Below, piece after piece: positions 18,395 through 27,954 of a stretch of DNA of 30,682 bases (the first letter of the stretch is position 1; every line of letters starts with the position of its first letter). The position numbers and the translations under genes were made by a program. The DNA is from Nanohaloarchaea archaeon B1-Br10_U2g21 (GTDB lineage Archaea > Nanohalarchaeota > Nanosalinia > Nanosalinales > Nanosalinaceae). The stretch lies in the NCBI GenBank assembly GCA_001563915.1, contig LKMP01000011.1, positions 1 through 30,682 of the forward strand. The letters are read 5' to 3'. The notes beneath the pieces are model-generated. The model ran no database searches. It was not told where the DNA came from and saw only the letters and a list, made by a program, of their open reading frames with translations.

Positions 18395-19360
18395 CTAGGA
18401 GTTAACAACCTTTATCTTATAACCATCTGAAACTCTCTTCTGATGTTCATTAATGTCTTTCCCTACTTCGGGAAATACTTCCGAAACTCTTACAGATTCA
18501 CCCTTAATCTCTGGGTCCACTGCACGAGCCTTAGTAGTCTCAATAAAATCATAATCCTCACTTTCAATTTCTATCTTTAACCCTCTCTGAAGAAGATTTA
18601 ATATAGCCATAATCTCATCATTATTTGAGTTCCTCAATTTTTCAAGAAGCACTCTATCAGTATTGAACAAATCCTCTTCCTCAATTATGCTCACTTCCAG
18701 GGCCTCTCTCAATGCCTCTGCAAACAAATGATATATAGCAACTTCTCTAGGATTAGCCCACCACTGCCGGTCAGCATACATAAACTTTTCAGCGAATTCT
18801 TTCCCTATATTAGCATCCTTAAACACAAATTTCCCGTCTTCTACTGCGAGACTTTCTAAAAATCGCTCTACCTCTATATCTTCATGTCTCTTTAAATCCC
18901 TCATTGAGTAATCTAACCGATCAGCACATAAGTCAGGAAGATCTCTTTCAAGAAGGCCGAAATTTGATTCATCAAGTATATAATCCACCTCTAAATCATA
19001 GTTCTCAAGTATCTCAGGTATTTCTGAACTATAGACAATATCTTCCATAAAGTCTTCATGGTATTCGTGCTCTTCATTCTCAAATACAAAATCTGCTACG
19101 TGAGAGAACGCTGTATGCGGCACATCATGCAATAGCCCTGCTATTTGCTCTTCTATAGATGCATGAAACTCTCTAAGTAAAAGCATAACGCCTATAGAGT
19201 GTTCAAACCGAGTTACATAAGGTTTATCATCAATGAAGAATGGTGAAGGGCCTCCTTGATGCACTTCTTTTAAACGCTGAACAGGCTTTGATTTAATTAA
19301 ATCTTTGAGAACAGGTTCATCTATAGTTACAGTGCCATATACAGGATCTGTAATCTCCAT
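18395..19360 (-). CDS. HD-domain phosphohydrolase (dNTP triphosphohydrolase-like)
   Basis: DPVYG, QRLK..Q, TRFEHSIGV, LLHDVPHTAFSH and ADRLDY motifs. Confidence 0.88.
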   Translation of the reverse strand: MEITDPVYGTVTIDEPVLKDLIKSKPVQRLKEVHQGGPSPFFIDDKPYVTRFEHSIGVMLLLREFHASIEEQIAGLLHDVPHTAFSHVADFVFENEEHEYHEDFMEDIVYSSEIPEILENYDLEVDYILDESNFGLLERDLPDLCADRLDYSMRDLKRHEDIEVERFLESLAVEDGKFVFKDANIGKEFAEKFMYADRQWWANPREVAIYHLFAEALREALEVSIIEEEDLFNTDRVLLEKLRNSNNDEIMAILNLLQRGLKIEIESEDYDFIETTKARAVDPEIKGESVRVSEVFPEVGKDINEHQKRVSDGYKIKVVNS

Positions 19361-19402
19361 AATGAAACTAGCGGCAGAAAATTATTTCTACCTATTGATT
19401 TT

Positions 19403-20149
19403 TCAGCCAAGTTCCATGTCCGAAAGTTTGTCTCGCCTGAACAAGTCTATTTCTTCCAAAGTATTAGTCTTATTCTGTTTTGCAGCAAATACAATACTTT
19501 CAGCTACATCTTCAGGTTCAGACACTTGTCCAGGTTCAAAAGCATCTTGAAATGCTGTACCCGCCTCTGAGTTGAAATCTGTTCTAACTTCTGAAGGATT
19601 AACAACAGTTACTGCTACTCCTTGATTTCCAACCTGTGCCGATAGACTCAATCCAAATCCTCGAACCCACCACTTACTGGCTGCATAAACAGGATTAGTG
19701 CCTCGTGGATACTGGCCTGCAATACTACCAAGTAATACTAGGTTGCCTTCAGTTTCTTTCAGATATGGAATACTTTCTCGAGCAGTGTAGAATACTCCAT
19801 CAATATTCACTTCGTTATTTTTTTCGTAATGTTCATCAGGCATTGTTTCTACCTCACCACTGTAAGCCAGGCCTGCATTAGCCACCACTATATGAATTTC
19901 GTCAAATACTTCAACGGCTTTATCTAAGAGTTGTTCTAATTGTTCTTTCTCAGTTACGTCAGTAGGTATTACGGCAGTTTCAATACAGTGTTTTTCCCGT
20001 AAATCTTCCGCTAACTCTTTGAGTTTATCCTTACTTCGAGATGCTAGCGCAATAGATACTCCTTCTTCGGCAAGTCTATGAGCTGTAGCTTTTCCTATCC
20101 CTGATGAAGCACCAGTTATAATTGCATTCTTTCCTTTGAGTTCCTCCAT
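19403..20149 (-). CDS. Short-chain dehydrogenase/reductase (SDR)
   Basis: TGASSGIG, NAG, catalytic Ser (GSIAG) and YAASK. Confidence 0.93.
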   Translation of the reverse strand: MEELKGKNAIITGASSGIGKATAHRLAEEGVSIALASRSKDKLKELAEDLREKHCIETAVIPTDVTEKEQLEQLLDKAVEVFDEIHIVVANAGLAYSGEVETMPDEHYEKNNEVNIDGVFYTARESIPYLKETEGNLVLLGSIAGQYPRGTNPVYAASKWWVRGFGLSLSAQVGNQGVAVTVVNPSEVRTDFNSEAGTAFQDAFEPGQVSEPEDVAESIVFAAKQNKTNTLEEIDLFRRDKLSDMELG

Positions 20150-20251
20150 TTTTATCGGCCTCTTAAGATATTTTACATGTCAAGATTCAAAACAACTCTG
20201 ATTTTGTAACTCAAGTAATATTTTTTATTCTACTTCGCATAAACTCATTAT

Positions 20252-21826
20252 ATGAGCAGATCAGTGGCTTATTTCTCCATGGAGATTGGACTAAACCCTG
20301 AAGTAAAAACTTATAGTGGCGGTCTAGGCGTTCTTGCAGGTGATACTCTGAAAGCTGCCGCAGATCAAGGCCTAAATTTTACAGCAGTAACACTAATGTA
20401 CCGTGATGGATACTTCAGACAGGTGCTTGAAGGACAGATGCAAAATGAAGAAGGACAGGAATGGAATTACTTTGAGTTGCTTGAGGATACCGGAGTGACC
20501 ACACATGTAGAGATTAAAGGCGAAGAAGTCGAGATCAAGGCCTGGAAATACGTGATTGAAGGTGAAAGAAGAAATGTGGAGGTTTATTTCCTTGACACTG
20601 GTCTCGATTCTAATTCTGACTATGCTAAATCTCTGACTTCCAGTCTTTACGCAGGCGATAATGAGTTCCGGTTAAGCCAGGAGGCTTTACTAGGTATAGG
20701 GGGCGCAAGAATAATTGATGAGCTAGGGTTAAATCCAGATTACTTTCACATGAACGAAGGACATTCAGCACTTTTGACTTTAGAGGCTGTAGGTGAAAAA
20801 ATATTTACGACTCATACACCAGTAGCTGCAGGGCATGATAGCTTTCATAAATCAACTGTAGAACATGTTTTAGGTAGTAGAGCTGAAGAGCTTGATTTAG
20901 AAGAGGGATTAAATATGACTGAGCTCGCATTAAAACATGCTAGCTATAAGAATGCTGTGTCAGATAAGCACGGTGAAGTATCAAAAACAATGTTTCCTGA
21001 ACACGTATTTGAAGAAGTAACTAACGGAGTTCACTCAAATACATGGACTATAGAGTCTTTCCAAGAACTCTATGATGATCACATTCCAGGATGGAGAAAG
21101 GACTCGCACAGACTTTCTAAAGCTTTAAGAATACCTGATAAGGCGATTTGGAGTGCAAGTAGGGACGCGAAGATATCGCTAAATGAAATAGTTCAAGGAG
21201 AATTAGATACAGGAACATTTACAGTAGGTTTCGCTAGAAGAAGTACAGCTTATAAAAGACCTACGCTGATTTTCAAGGATTTAGAAGAGCTTGAACGACT
21301 TGCAGAAAAATATGGAGGATTGCAACTAGTTTTTGGTGGAAAAGCCCATCCAAATGATACTAATGGGAAAGAGCTAATCCAACAAATTCTGAAATACGGA
21401 GAACTCTTAGAAAAAGTGGATGTCTACTTTATAGAGGACTATGGAATGGAGGATGCATTAAAAATGGTTTCTGGCTGCGATATCTGGCTGAATAATCCTG
21501 TTCGAGGTAAAGAAGCCTCAGGAACTTCAGGTATGAAAGCAGCACACAATGGCACACCTCAACTTTCAACTCTTGATGGGTGGTGGATTGAAGGCCACAT
21601 TGAAGACGTTACAGGATGGAGTATTGGCGAGGATTATGTAGAAGGCGAAGATCAAGATAAAGTTGACTCAAAATCAATATACCAAAAGCTTGATCACATA
21701 CTTTCAATCTATCATAACGACAGAGAGAAATGGCTAAGTGTTATGAAGCATAGTATCGCGCTAAACGCCTCTTATTTCAACACTGACAGAATGGTAAAAG
21801 AGTACGTAGCTGAAGCCTACCGCTAA
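20252..21826 (+). CDS. glgP: Alpha-glucan (glycogen/starch) phosphorylase, compact GT35
   Basis: YFSMEIG, YSGGLGVLAGD, HMNEGH, FTTHTP, TNGVH, FARR..YKR, GKAHP and EASGTSGMK (PLP Lys). Confidence 0.93.
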   Translation: MSRSVAYFSMEIGLNPEVKTYSGGLGVLAGDTLKAAADQGLNFTAVTLMYRDGYFRQVLEGQMQNEEGQEWNYFELLEDTGVTTHVEIKGEEVEIKAWKYVIEGERRNVEVYFLDTGLDSNSDYAKSLTSSLYAGDNEFRLSQEALLGIGGARIIDELGLNPDYFHMNEGHSALLTLEAVGEKIFTTHTPVAAGHDSFHKSTVEHVLGSRAEELDLEEGLNMTELALKHASYKNAVSDKHGEVSKTMFPEHVFEEVTNGVHSNTWTIESFQELYDDHIPGWRKDSHRLSKALRIPDKAIWSASRDAKISLNEIVQGELDTGTFTVGFARRSTAYKRPTLIFKDLEELERLAEKYGGLQLVFGGKAHPNDTNGKELIQQILKYGELLEKVDVYFIEDYGMEDALKMVSGCDIWLNNPVRGKEASGTSGMKAAHNGTPQLSTLDGWWIEGHIEDVTGWSIGEDYVEGEDQDKVDSKSIYQKLDHILSIYHNDREKWLSVMKHSIALNASYFNTDRMVKEYVAEAYR

Positions 21827-21896
21827 ACAGATACAGACTTAGTCTTTCAGTGTTGTAGAATATGCCGATAGAGATCTAAATTAGACGTCAAGACTA

Positions 21897-22136
21897 TTAT
21901 TCATCGTCGATTAAAGATTCAATTTGGTAAGTCTTTTGGCACTGAGGATATCCTTCACAACCCCAAAAATAACCATAACGACCTTCGCGTATTTTCATAG
22001 GCATACCACACTCCGGGCATGCAACGTCTCGTGGCTTATTCTCTCTATGTTCTTTGCAGACAGGCTGTCTCTTTTTGTTCTTTGTAGTAGCGTTCTTACC
22101 ACAGAACACGCACTTGGTCATTTTTGTCTCTGCCAT
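21897..22136 (-). CDS. Small double zinc-ribbon protein with topoisomerase-type C4 zinc finger
   Basis: CVFC..CKEH followed by CPECG.PMKIREGRYG.FWGCEGYPQC (zf-C4 topoisomerase pattern). Confidence 0.8.
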   Translation of the reverse strand: MAETKMTKCVFCGKNATTKNKKRQPVCKEHRENKPRDVACPECGMPMKIREGRYGYFWGCEGYPQCQKTYQIESLIDDE

Positions 22137-22179
22137 AAACTACACCTTAATCTGAAAAAGTTTTAACGTAGCTCTTGAG

Positions 22180-23088
22180 TTATTGACGGTGTTCCTTGAT
22201 ATATTCTGCAGCATTTAACCCCGCTATACATCCTTGGCCTACCGATACAGCCAATTGTTGAACTCCTTTATTATTGACATCTCCTGCCGCATAAAGACCC
22301 TTGACGCCAGTACTCATTTGACTATCTACCTTTATTCTGCTGCCATCAGTCTTTTCAATAAGTTCTGTTAAGTCAGAATTAGGCTTAGTGCCTATCTCAA
22401 TGAATATGCCGGGTACTTCAAGTTCAACTTCTTCACCATCTTTATTGATTACTGCACCTTCAAGCAGTTGGTCACCGCTATAGAACTCCACTATTTCTGA
22501 ATTCTCCCAGTGCTCTACTTTTTCATGATCTTCAATTCTTTCGATTGTTATTTCTTCCCCTGAGTATCCTTTGCTTCTGTTGATAACATATATTTTCTCA
22601 GCGATGTCTGTCATGTAGTCAATAGCCTCTGTAGCCGCGTAACCTGCGCCGACTATGGCGACTTCTTCTCCTTGATATAAAGGACCATCACATACAGCAC
22701 AGTAGCCTACCCCTCGTCCTGAAAGTTCTTTCTCTCCTTTTACTCCTAGTTTTCTTCTACTACCGCCTGTAGCAATAATAACCGATAATGCTTCAAGTAC
22801 TGTTCCATCTTCAAGCTCTACTTCAAAGTGATCAGGCCTCCTAATGTCAACGGCTTTTTGACCAAGCATTTCATCAACATCGTAGTCTCTCATATGTTCA
22901 ACATATCGTTTAGCGAGTTCAGGTCCTTCAATCGATTTGAATCCTAGATAGTTTTCGACTACGTCAGTATTGTTTATCTGGCCGCCGTATTCGTCTGCCA
23001 CAATTGTAACTTCGACACCGGCTCTTGCTGCATATACAGCAGCACTTTGTGCTGCAGAAGCGCCTCCAATAACTACAAGTTCCTTCAT
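22180..23088 (-). CDS. trxB: Thioredoxin-disulfide reductase
   Basis: N-terminal FAD-binding motif, GGQ..T..VENY.G, ATG, GVGYCAVCDG redox motif, VGAGYAA and YAAGDV. Confidence 0.92.
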   Translation of the reverse strand: MKELVVIGGASAAQSAAVYAARAGVEVTIVADEYGGQINNTDVVENYLGFKSIEGPELAKRYVEHMRDYDVDEMLGQKAVDIRRPDHFEVELEDGTVLEALSVIIATGGSRRKLGVKGEKELSGRGVGYCAVCDGPLYQGEEVAIVGAGYAATEAIDYMTDIAEKIYVINRSKGYSGEEITIERIEDHEKVEHWENSEIVEFYSGDQLLEGAVINKDGEEVELEVPGIFIEIGTKPNSDLTELIEKTDGSRIKVDSQMSTGVKGLYAAGDVNNKGVQQLAVSVGQGCIAGLNAAEYIKEHRQ

Positions 23089-23201
23089 ATAGTATAGCCC
23101 TAGAAGCAGAGATTTATTATATTATTCAGTATATATGAGTGAAGCAATCCAAGTTATTCTCTACTTATTTAACTATAATCGCAGTTAATCATTTCTACAG
23201 C

Positions 23202-23274
23202 GCGGCGTTGGTCCAGTGGCCTACGACCCCACCTTGCCATGGTGGAGACCTGGGTTCAAATCCCAGACGCCGCA
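23202..23274 (+). tRNA. tRNA-Gly (anticodon GCC), intronless
   Basis: Acceptor GCGGCGT/ACGCCGC, anticodon stem CCACC/GGTGG with loop TTGCCAT, T-arm CTGGG-TTCAAAT-CCCAG. TTATTTAA at 23165-23172. Confidence 0.95.
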
Positions 23275-23393
23275 TCCAGATAATATCCATATTCTGAGTG
23301 TTTTAGCGAGTCTTCATCTACATTTTAGTTCGTATTAGAGCTAGTCTAAGATATACAAAAACTTATAACAATTCATGAGTTAAAAGTAACTAC

Positions 23394-23801
23394 ATGGATT
23401 CTAACGAATTTGTTAGGCTTGATGAAGGCTTAAATCAAGAACAGGTTATTTCATACCTAGAAGATCCTCATAATGACCCATTTGTACTGCGAGACTTACT
23501 TTACAGCCAGGAAAACTCTAAATCTATTGGCGAAACTCGCTTACAAAATGACAAAACTTTCAGAGAAATAAAGTCTCAATTATATGACCTACAGGATTTA
23601 GGAGTTGTAGAAATAAGAAATCATGATCTTGATAGAATTGAAAAATCACTAGGTAGACCTAAAATGACAGTAGACTCCACTTATGAGCTGACTGACGAAG
23701 CGCACCGATTTTTCTATGGTAAACCTTATACGCTGAGCTGGGCCTACAATCTAGCTCAAGAAATTAAGTCCAACGAGACTCTACAAGAGGAGTTAATATG
23801 A
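23394..23801 (+). CDS. Hypothetical protein, possible winged-helix domain
   Basis: EIKSQLYDLQDLGVVE...YELTDEA resembles a wHTH recognition helix and wing. TATA-like CTTATAA about 26 nt upstream. Confidence 0.55.
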   Translation: MDSNEFVRLDEGLNQEQVISYLEDPHNDPFVLRDLLYSQENSKSIGETRLQNDKTFREIKSQLYDLQDLGVVEIRNHDLDRIEKSLGRPKMTVDSTYELTDEAHRFFYGKPYTLSWAYNLAQEIKSNETLQEELI

Positions 23802-24079
23802 GTAAACTAACTCTGTATTTTCCAGAAACAACAGGTTTTGAGAAAGCAAAATCCATTCTAGATGAGTCCGAATTTGAATACGAAATTGGAGATGAGCAGG
23901 ATTTAGAGGACGCAGGTAAAAAAATTCTTGGAGAGAAAAAGCCCACATTGGTAGTAGAGGCTTTTGGAGGCATTTTAGTAGATCACAAAGGCTGCCATTC
24001 TATTGAAATAGCCTTAGAGTACTTAGGCTCAAGCAGCGAATATTCTGAAGAAGAATACTCTAGTAAAGAATTGATATAA
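23798..24079 (+). CDS. Hypothetical protein, glutaredoxin-like pattern without CxxC
   Basis: LTLY....FEKAKSILDE....YE...KPTLVV follows glutaredoxin topology. ATGA overlap with the upstream gene. Confidence 0.5.
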   Translation: MSKLTLYFPETTGFEKAKSILDESEFEYEIGDEQDLEDAGKKILGEKKPTLVVEAFGGILVDHKGCHSIEIALEYLGSSSEYSEEEYSSKELI

Positions 24080-24108
24080 AAAATAGAAGAAAGGAGAGTT
24101 GGAGAAGC

Positions 24109-24642
24109 TCAGTTTATTGGCTGCGATGTTTCGACATCAATACCCTTTTGCTCTAAAACTTCTCTGATTTCCTGTATTTTGCGTTCGGCAGCATCGGAAT
24201 CGCTGACTTCAGAAGCTGTAGATCTAATAGCCCATCGGCCTTCAGGATAAGAAGGCATGTAGTTAATCACTATTCCAAACTCTGGGAAAATAGCTTCTTC
24301 AGACTCTTCTTCATCGTCCTCTGAGAGATTTACGAACGATTCCTCGATCTCTATACCACCATGCACCAGTCTATAGACAAGCGTTTCCGCACCCATTTCT
24401 CCATTATAGGCTTTTTCTAACTCTTTTCCGTATACTCTTGCAAAGAATACGTCTCTGTCTTCTAACCTTTCAAACGCTTCTTCCAGAGCTTCATCTATGT
24501 TTGGCGCATGTGATGAGGCCTTATATCCATATGCGTCTGCAAAGGCTGCGTTGTAAAAAGCCACGCGATAGCCGTTGCTCTCTAGTAGCTCTCCCACTTT
24601 TTGAATATTTTCTGCAAACCTCGTCTTGAAATCTCCAACCAT
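24109..24642 (-). CDS. Hypothetical acidic protein
   Basis: Acidic ORF matching host composition. ATG 24642 lies about 29 nt from TTATATAA (24671-24678). Confidence 0.7.
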   Translation of the reverse strand: MVGDFKTRFAENIQKVGELLESNGYRVAFYNAAFADAYGYKASSHAPNIDEALEEAFERLEDRDVFFARVYGKELEKAYNGEMGAETLVYRLVHGGIEIEESFVNLSEDDEEESEEAIFPEFGIVINYMPSYPEGRWAIRSTASEVSDSDAAERKIQEIREVLEQKGIDVETSQPIN

Positions 24643-24792
24643 GATTGTGTTACCTATGAATAACAAGTTTTTATATAAGTTCTGGAGGCTGTAAAAAACA
24701 GCGTTACAGAGCTTAACAGATTTGAGGCGTACGGAAAATCTGTGTCTGCACAGCCAGTAATTTAAAACTCGTTCGTTGTAACAAATATAGAT

Positions 24793-25830
24793 ATGAATCC
24801 TGAAGAATCAACCGAACTAGTCTCTCGTAACATGGCCGAAGTAATAACCGAAGAAGAACTCTCAGAAATATGCGAACTTGAAGACCCAACAGCATACATC
24901 GGTTACGCCCCTACAGGTACTATGCACATTGGACATTTCACCACAATCAGGAAAATAGCTGATTTCGTAGACGCAGGATTCACCTTCAAAATTTTAATAG
25001 CAGATGTACACGCCGAACTTGACATAGAAAAATCTCCGCGTGAACTAATTGATGCAAGGACCGAATACTACCAAGAAGCAATTAAAGGGATGCTAGAGGC
25101 TTGTTATATTGATTCTGAAGCAGTAGAATTCGTTAAAGGAAGCAGTTTTCAACACAGTCCAGACTACCAGAAAGGCTACATGAAGCTGATGGAAAACATG
25201 ACAGTCAACCGAGCTGAAAGAAGCGTTAATGAAGTAGTAAGACACAGCGAAGGTATGAAAGCTTCAGCACTACTCTATTCAGCCATGCAAATTATGGATT
25301 GTGCCAAGCAAGGTCTAGACGTAGACGTAGCCTATGCAGGTCTCGATCAAAGAAGGATATACATGCTTGGTCGTGAAACATTACCAAAAATCGGTGGAGA
25401 AGCACCTTCATGTGTCTTCGCACCTCTTCTTTCAGGCCTCACAGGCGGAAAAATGAGTGCATCTGATGAAAGCTCTAAGATCAGTATCCATGATGAACCC
25501 GAAATAGTGGTTGAAAAAGTAGAGAGTGCCTACTGCCCACAGGGGGAACTAGAGGACAATGGAGTGCTAGAATACGCACAGCATTTAGTCTTCCCAATCC
25601 TTGAGAAAAACGGAGACAGCCTAATAATTGAAAGACCTGAAAAATATGGAGGCAACATCAAATACACTAGCTATGAAGAACTTGAAGAAGACTTCTTAGA
25701 AAAAGAACTCCACCCACAAGATTTGAAAAAAGCAGTTGGAAAAGCAATCTCGAAAGTCCTAGAACCTGTGAAAGCAAGACTAGAAGATAGAGAGAAACTG
25801 ATGAAAAAGGCCTATCCTGAAGAATTCTAA
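24793..25830 (+). CDS. tyrS: Tyrosine--tRNA ligase, archaeal type
   Basis: YIGYAPTG.MHIGH, IADVHA, YSAMQIMD, GLDQR, KMSAS, AYCP and LHPQDLK motifs. Confidence 0.96.
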   Translation: MNPEESTELVSRNMAEVITEEELSEICELEDPTAYIGYAPTGTMHIGHFTTIRKIADFVDAGFTFKILIADVHAELDIEKSPRELIDARTEYYQEAIKGMLEACYIDSEAVEFVKGSSFQHSPDYQKGYMKLMENMTVNRAERSVNEVVRHSEGMKASALLYSAMQIMDCAKQGLDVDVAYAGLDQRRIYMLGRETLPKIGGEAPSCVFAPLLSGLTGGKMSASDESSKISIHDEPEIVVEKVESAYCPQGELEDNGVLEYAQHLVFPILEKNGDSLIIERPEKYGGNIKYTSYEELEEDFLEKELHPQDLKKAVGKAISKVLEPVKARLEDREKLMKKAYPEEF

Positions 25831-26025
25831 CTAGTTATACTCATTTAATTCATTCATTTTTATCCACATCTTTATTCATTCTGTAAGTCTAAAAACTAGG
25901 TTCTCCTCACGCATCCAAAGTAGTGCTTAATACAATATCGAATTATCAGCCTATGAAATAGAGAAAAGAAATATGTAGAATCTAGTGTCGTTTGATATGT
26001 GTCGAAGCTTTAGAGCCTTACGGCT

Positions 26026-26217
26026 TTATGCTTCTGTTACGTTGGTTGCTTTTGGGCCTCTGTCGCCTTCTTCTTGATCGAATTCGACTTCTGTTCCTTC
26101 ATCAATTGAATCGCCTTCAAGCTCACTTACGTGGAAGAATATATCGTCTTCCATTTCATCTGTCTCAATGAAACCGAAGTTCTTCCGTTGTTTCCATAGC
26201 TTAACTGTTCCTTTCAA
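26026..26217 (-). CDS. csp: Cold-shock domain protein (CspA family), TTG start
   Basis: KGTVKLW, RNP1 NFGFI, RNP2 DIFFHVS and GPKATNV. SD GGAGGTG at 26227-26233 points to TTG 26217. Confidence 0.93.
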   Translation of the reverse strand: MKGTVKLWKQRKNFGFIETDEMEDDIFFHVSELEGDSIDEGTEVEFDQEEGDRGPKATNVTEA

Positions 26218-26330
26218 AACTAAAAACACCTCCTTTGTATAATCTAATTACACGGGTAGCTTTATTAGGGGTGAGGCCTCTTTCAAAAAGTTACTGTGTG
26301 TAAGTATTGTTGTAACGGAGTAAAAAAATT

Positions 26331-27443
26331 ATGAAGTTCGGCGACTTTGATATTTCAGATAATATAGTAGAAAACCTTGCGGAGCAAGGTATAACAGAAC
26401 CTACAGAGGTTCAACAGAAATCAATTCCAATAATCTTTGAAGGCAAAGACCTGCTGGTTGAGTCAGAAACTGGTTCAGGTAAGACTCTAGCATTTTCACT
26501 ACCAGTAATGGAAAATCTTACAGGTAATAATGTCCAAGCTTTAGTACTTTCTCCTACAAGAGAACTAGCTAAACAAATCGCAAAAGAAGTCGAAAAAGCT
26601 TCAGATGGTTCAGTTGAAAGCGTTACAATTTATGGTGGTGTGTCTTACGGACCTCAAATTGAGGGTGCAAAGAAAGCAAATATCGTGATTGGTACACCTG
26701 GACGTGTACTAGATTTATTGAAGAAAGGCCAGTTAGATGTATCCGGCCTTGACTATTTCGTTTTGGATGAAGCTGATAGAATGCTTGACATGGGTTTCCA
26801 AGATGAGTTAGAGCAGATCATTGATTTCTGTCCTCAGAAAAGGCAAAATTTGTTGTTTGGAGCGACAATACCTCACGGCTTAAAGAAGTTGTGTGATAAG
26901 TACCGTATTGATCCTGAGATTATCAGAATCGAGCGAAAGAAGCATACTCGTAACTTGAAAGAAGGATACATTAACTGTAAAAAGGATAATAAGTTGTCAA
27001 CTCTCTATACTTTCTTGAAGCAACGTGACCGAGATCTTTCCATCATTTTTTGTCAGACAAAGAACACTACGCGTTGGTTAGCTGACAAACTGCGTAAAAA
27101 TGGATTCAAAGCTCAAGAACTGAACGGGGATATGTCTCAGCATCAGAGAGAAGAAGTAGTCGACAAGCTGAAGCGAAAAGATATTCGTGTCATTGTGGCT
27201 ACTGATGTGGCGGCTAGAGGACTTCACATTGATGATATAAGCCACGTGTTTAACTATGATGTGCCAAACAAGGCGGATACCTACACACATAGAATTGGGC
27301 GTGCTGGAAGGCAAGGCGAAGAAGGAGAAGCTATAACGCTTCTTGAGCCAAATGATCATCAAAAATTCCGGCGGTTAAAGAAGCAAAAAGATATTCCTAG
27401 AATCAATAGGGATGAAATTGACTTTGAAGAAGCTGACATATAG
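26331..27443 (+). CDS. DEAD-box RNA helicase (minimal core)
   Basis: Q motif PTEVQ, TGSGKT, PTRELA, TPGR, DEAD, GAT (motif III variant), ARGLHI and HRIGRAGR. Confidence 0.95.
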   Translation: MKFGDFDISDNIVENLAEQGITEPTEVQQKSIPIIFEGKDLLVESETGSGKTLAFSLPVMENLTGNNVQALVLSPTRELAKQIAKEVEKASDGSVESVTIYGGVSYGPQIEGAKKANIVIGTPGRVLDLLKKGQLDVSGLDYFVLDEADRMLDMGFQDELEQIIDFCPQKRQNLLFGATIPHGLKKLCDKYRIDPEIIRIERKKHTRNLKEGYINCKKDNKLSTLYTFLKQRDRDLSIIFCQTKNTTRWLADKLRKNGFKAQELNGDMSQHQREEVVDKLKRKDIRVIVATDVAARGLHIDDISHVFNYDVPNKADTYTHRIGRAGRQGEEGEAITLLEPNDHQKFRRLKKQKDIPRINRDEIDFEEADI

Positions 27444-27494
27444 GGCACTATCAGGAGACCCTCTTGTTTTAAACTAGGCTGAGAAATTAGTGTT

Positions 27495-27857
27495 ATGGTT
27501 TCTGAAGTTTCTGTAGGCCTTGTAGTCAAAGATAGAAAACTCTTAATGTTTTTTGACGACGTCTCTGAGACGTGGTCTGTTCCACAGAGGGACGGTACAA
27601 ACGGAGAATTGACATCAGTTACAGCTGAAAAAGCTGTAAACCAGTTAACAGGCTGCAAGAGTAGTGTTTCAAAGTATAGAGGTAAATTCAAGACGACAAT
27701 GGTGTGTGAGGGTAAAGAAGTAAACTGGCAGCCTTACTCAATAGAGATAGAAGGCGAACCTGAAAATGGCCAATGGATTCCTCTAAAGGAAATAAAAGAA
27801 AAAGAGCTTGCTGAGCCGCTTACAAAGGTATCAGAGAAAATAGCGTCTAGGCTATAA
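27495..27857 (+). CDS. Nudix-fold-like protein with degenerate Nudix box
   Basis: VGLVV..KLLM...WSVP..GE......AEKAVNQLTG has Nudix spacing but lacks REUxEE. W.PL.EI C-terminal motif. Confidence 0.55.
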   Translation: MVSEVSVGLVVKDRKLLMFFDDVSETWSVPQRDGTNGELTSVTAEKAVNQLTGCKSSVSKYRGKFKTTMVCEGKEVNWQPYSIEIEGEPENGQWIPLKEIKEKELAEPLTKVSEKIASRL

Positions 27858-27954
27858 ACACAAGTCTCTATCTTTTTTCTTTGATATAAACATATTCTAT
27901 TTTTCATAAAATGATGCGTGTTTCTTAATAAAGTTTGTGATTTATTTAACCCCT

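Noticed and set aside
16676-24642. Integrated element at tRNA-Arg or tRNA-Gly
   Set aside because: No integrase, no duplicated tRNA 3' end seen by eye, and the intervening genes are ordinary metabolic genes.
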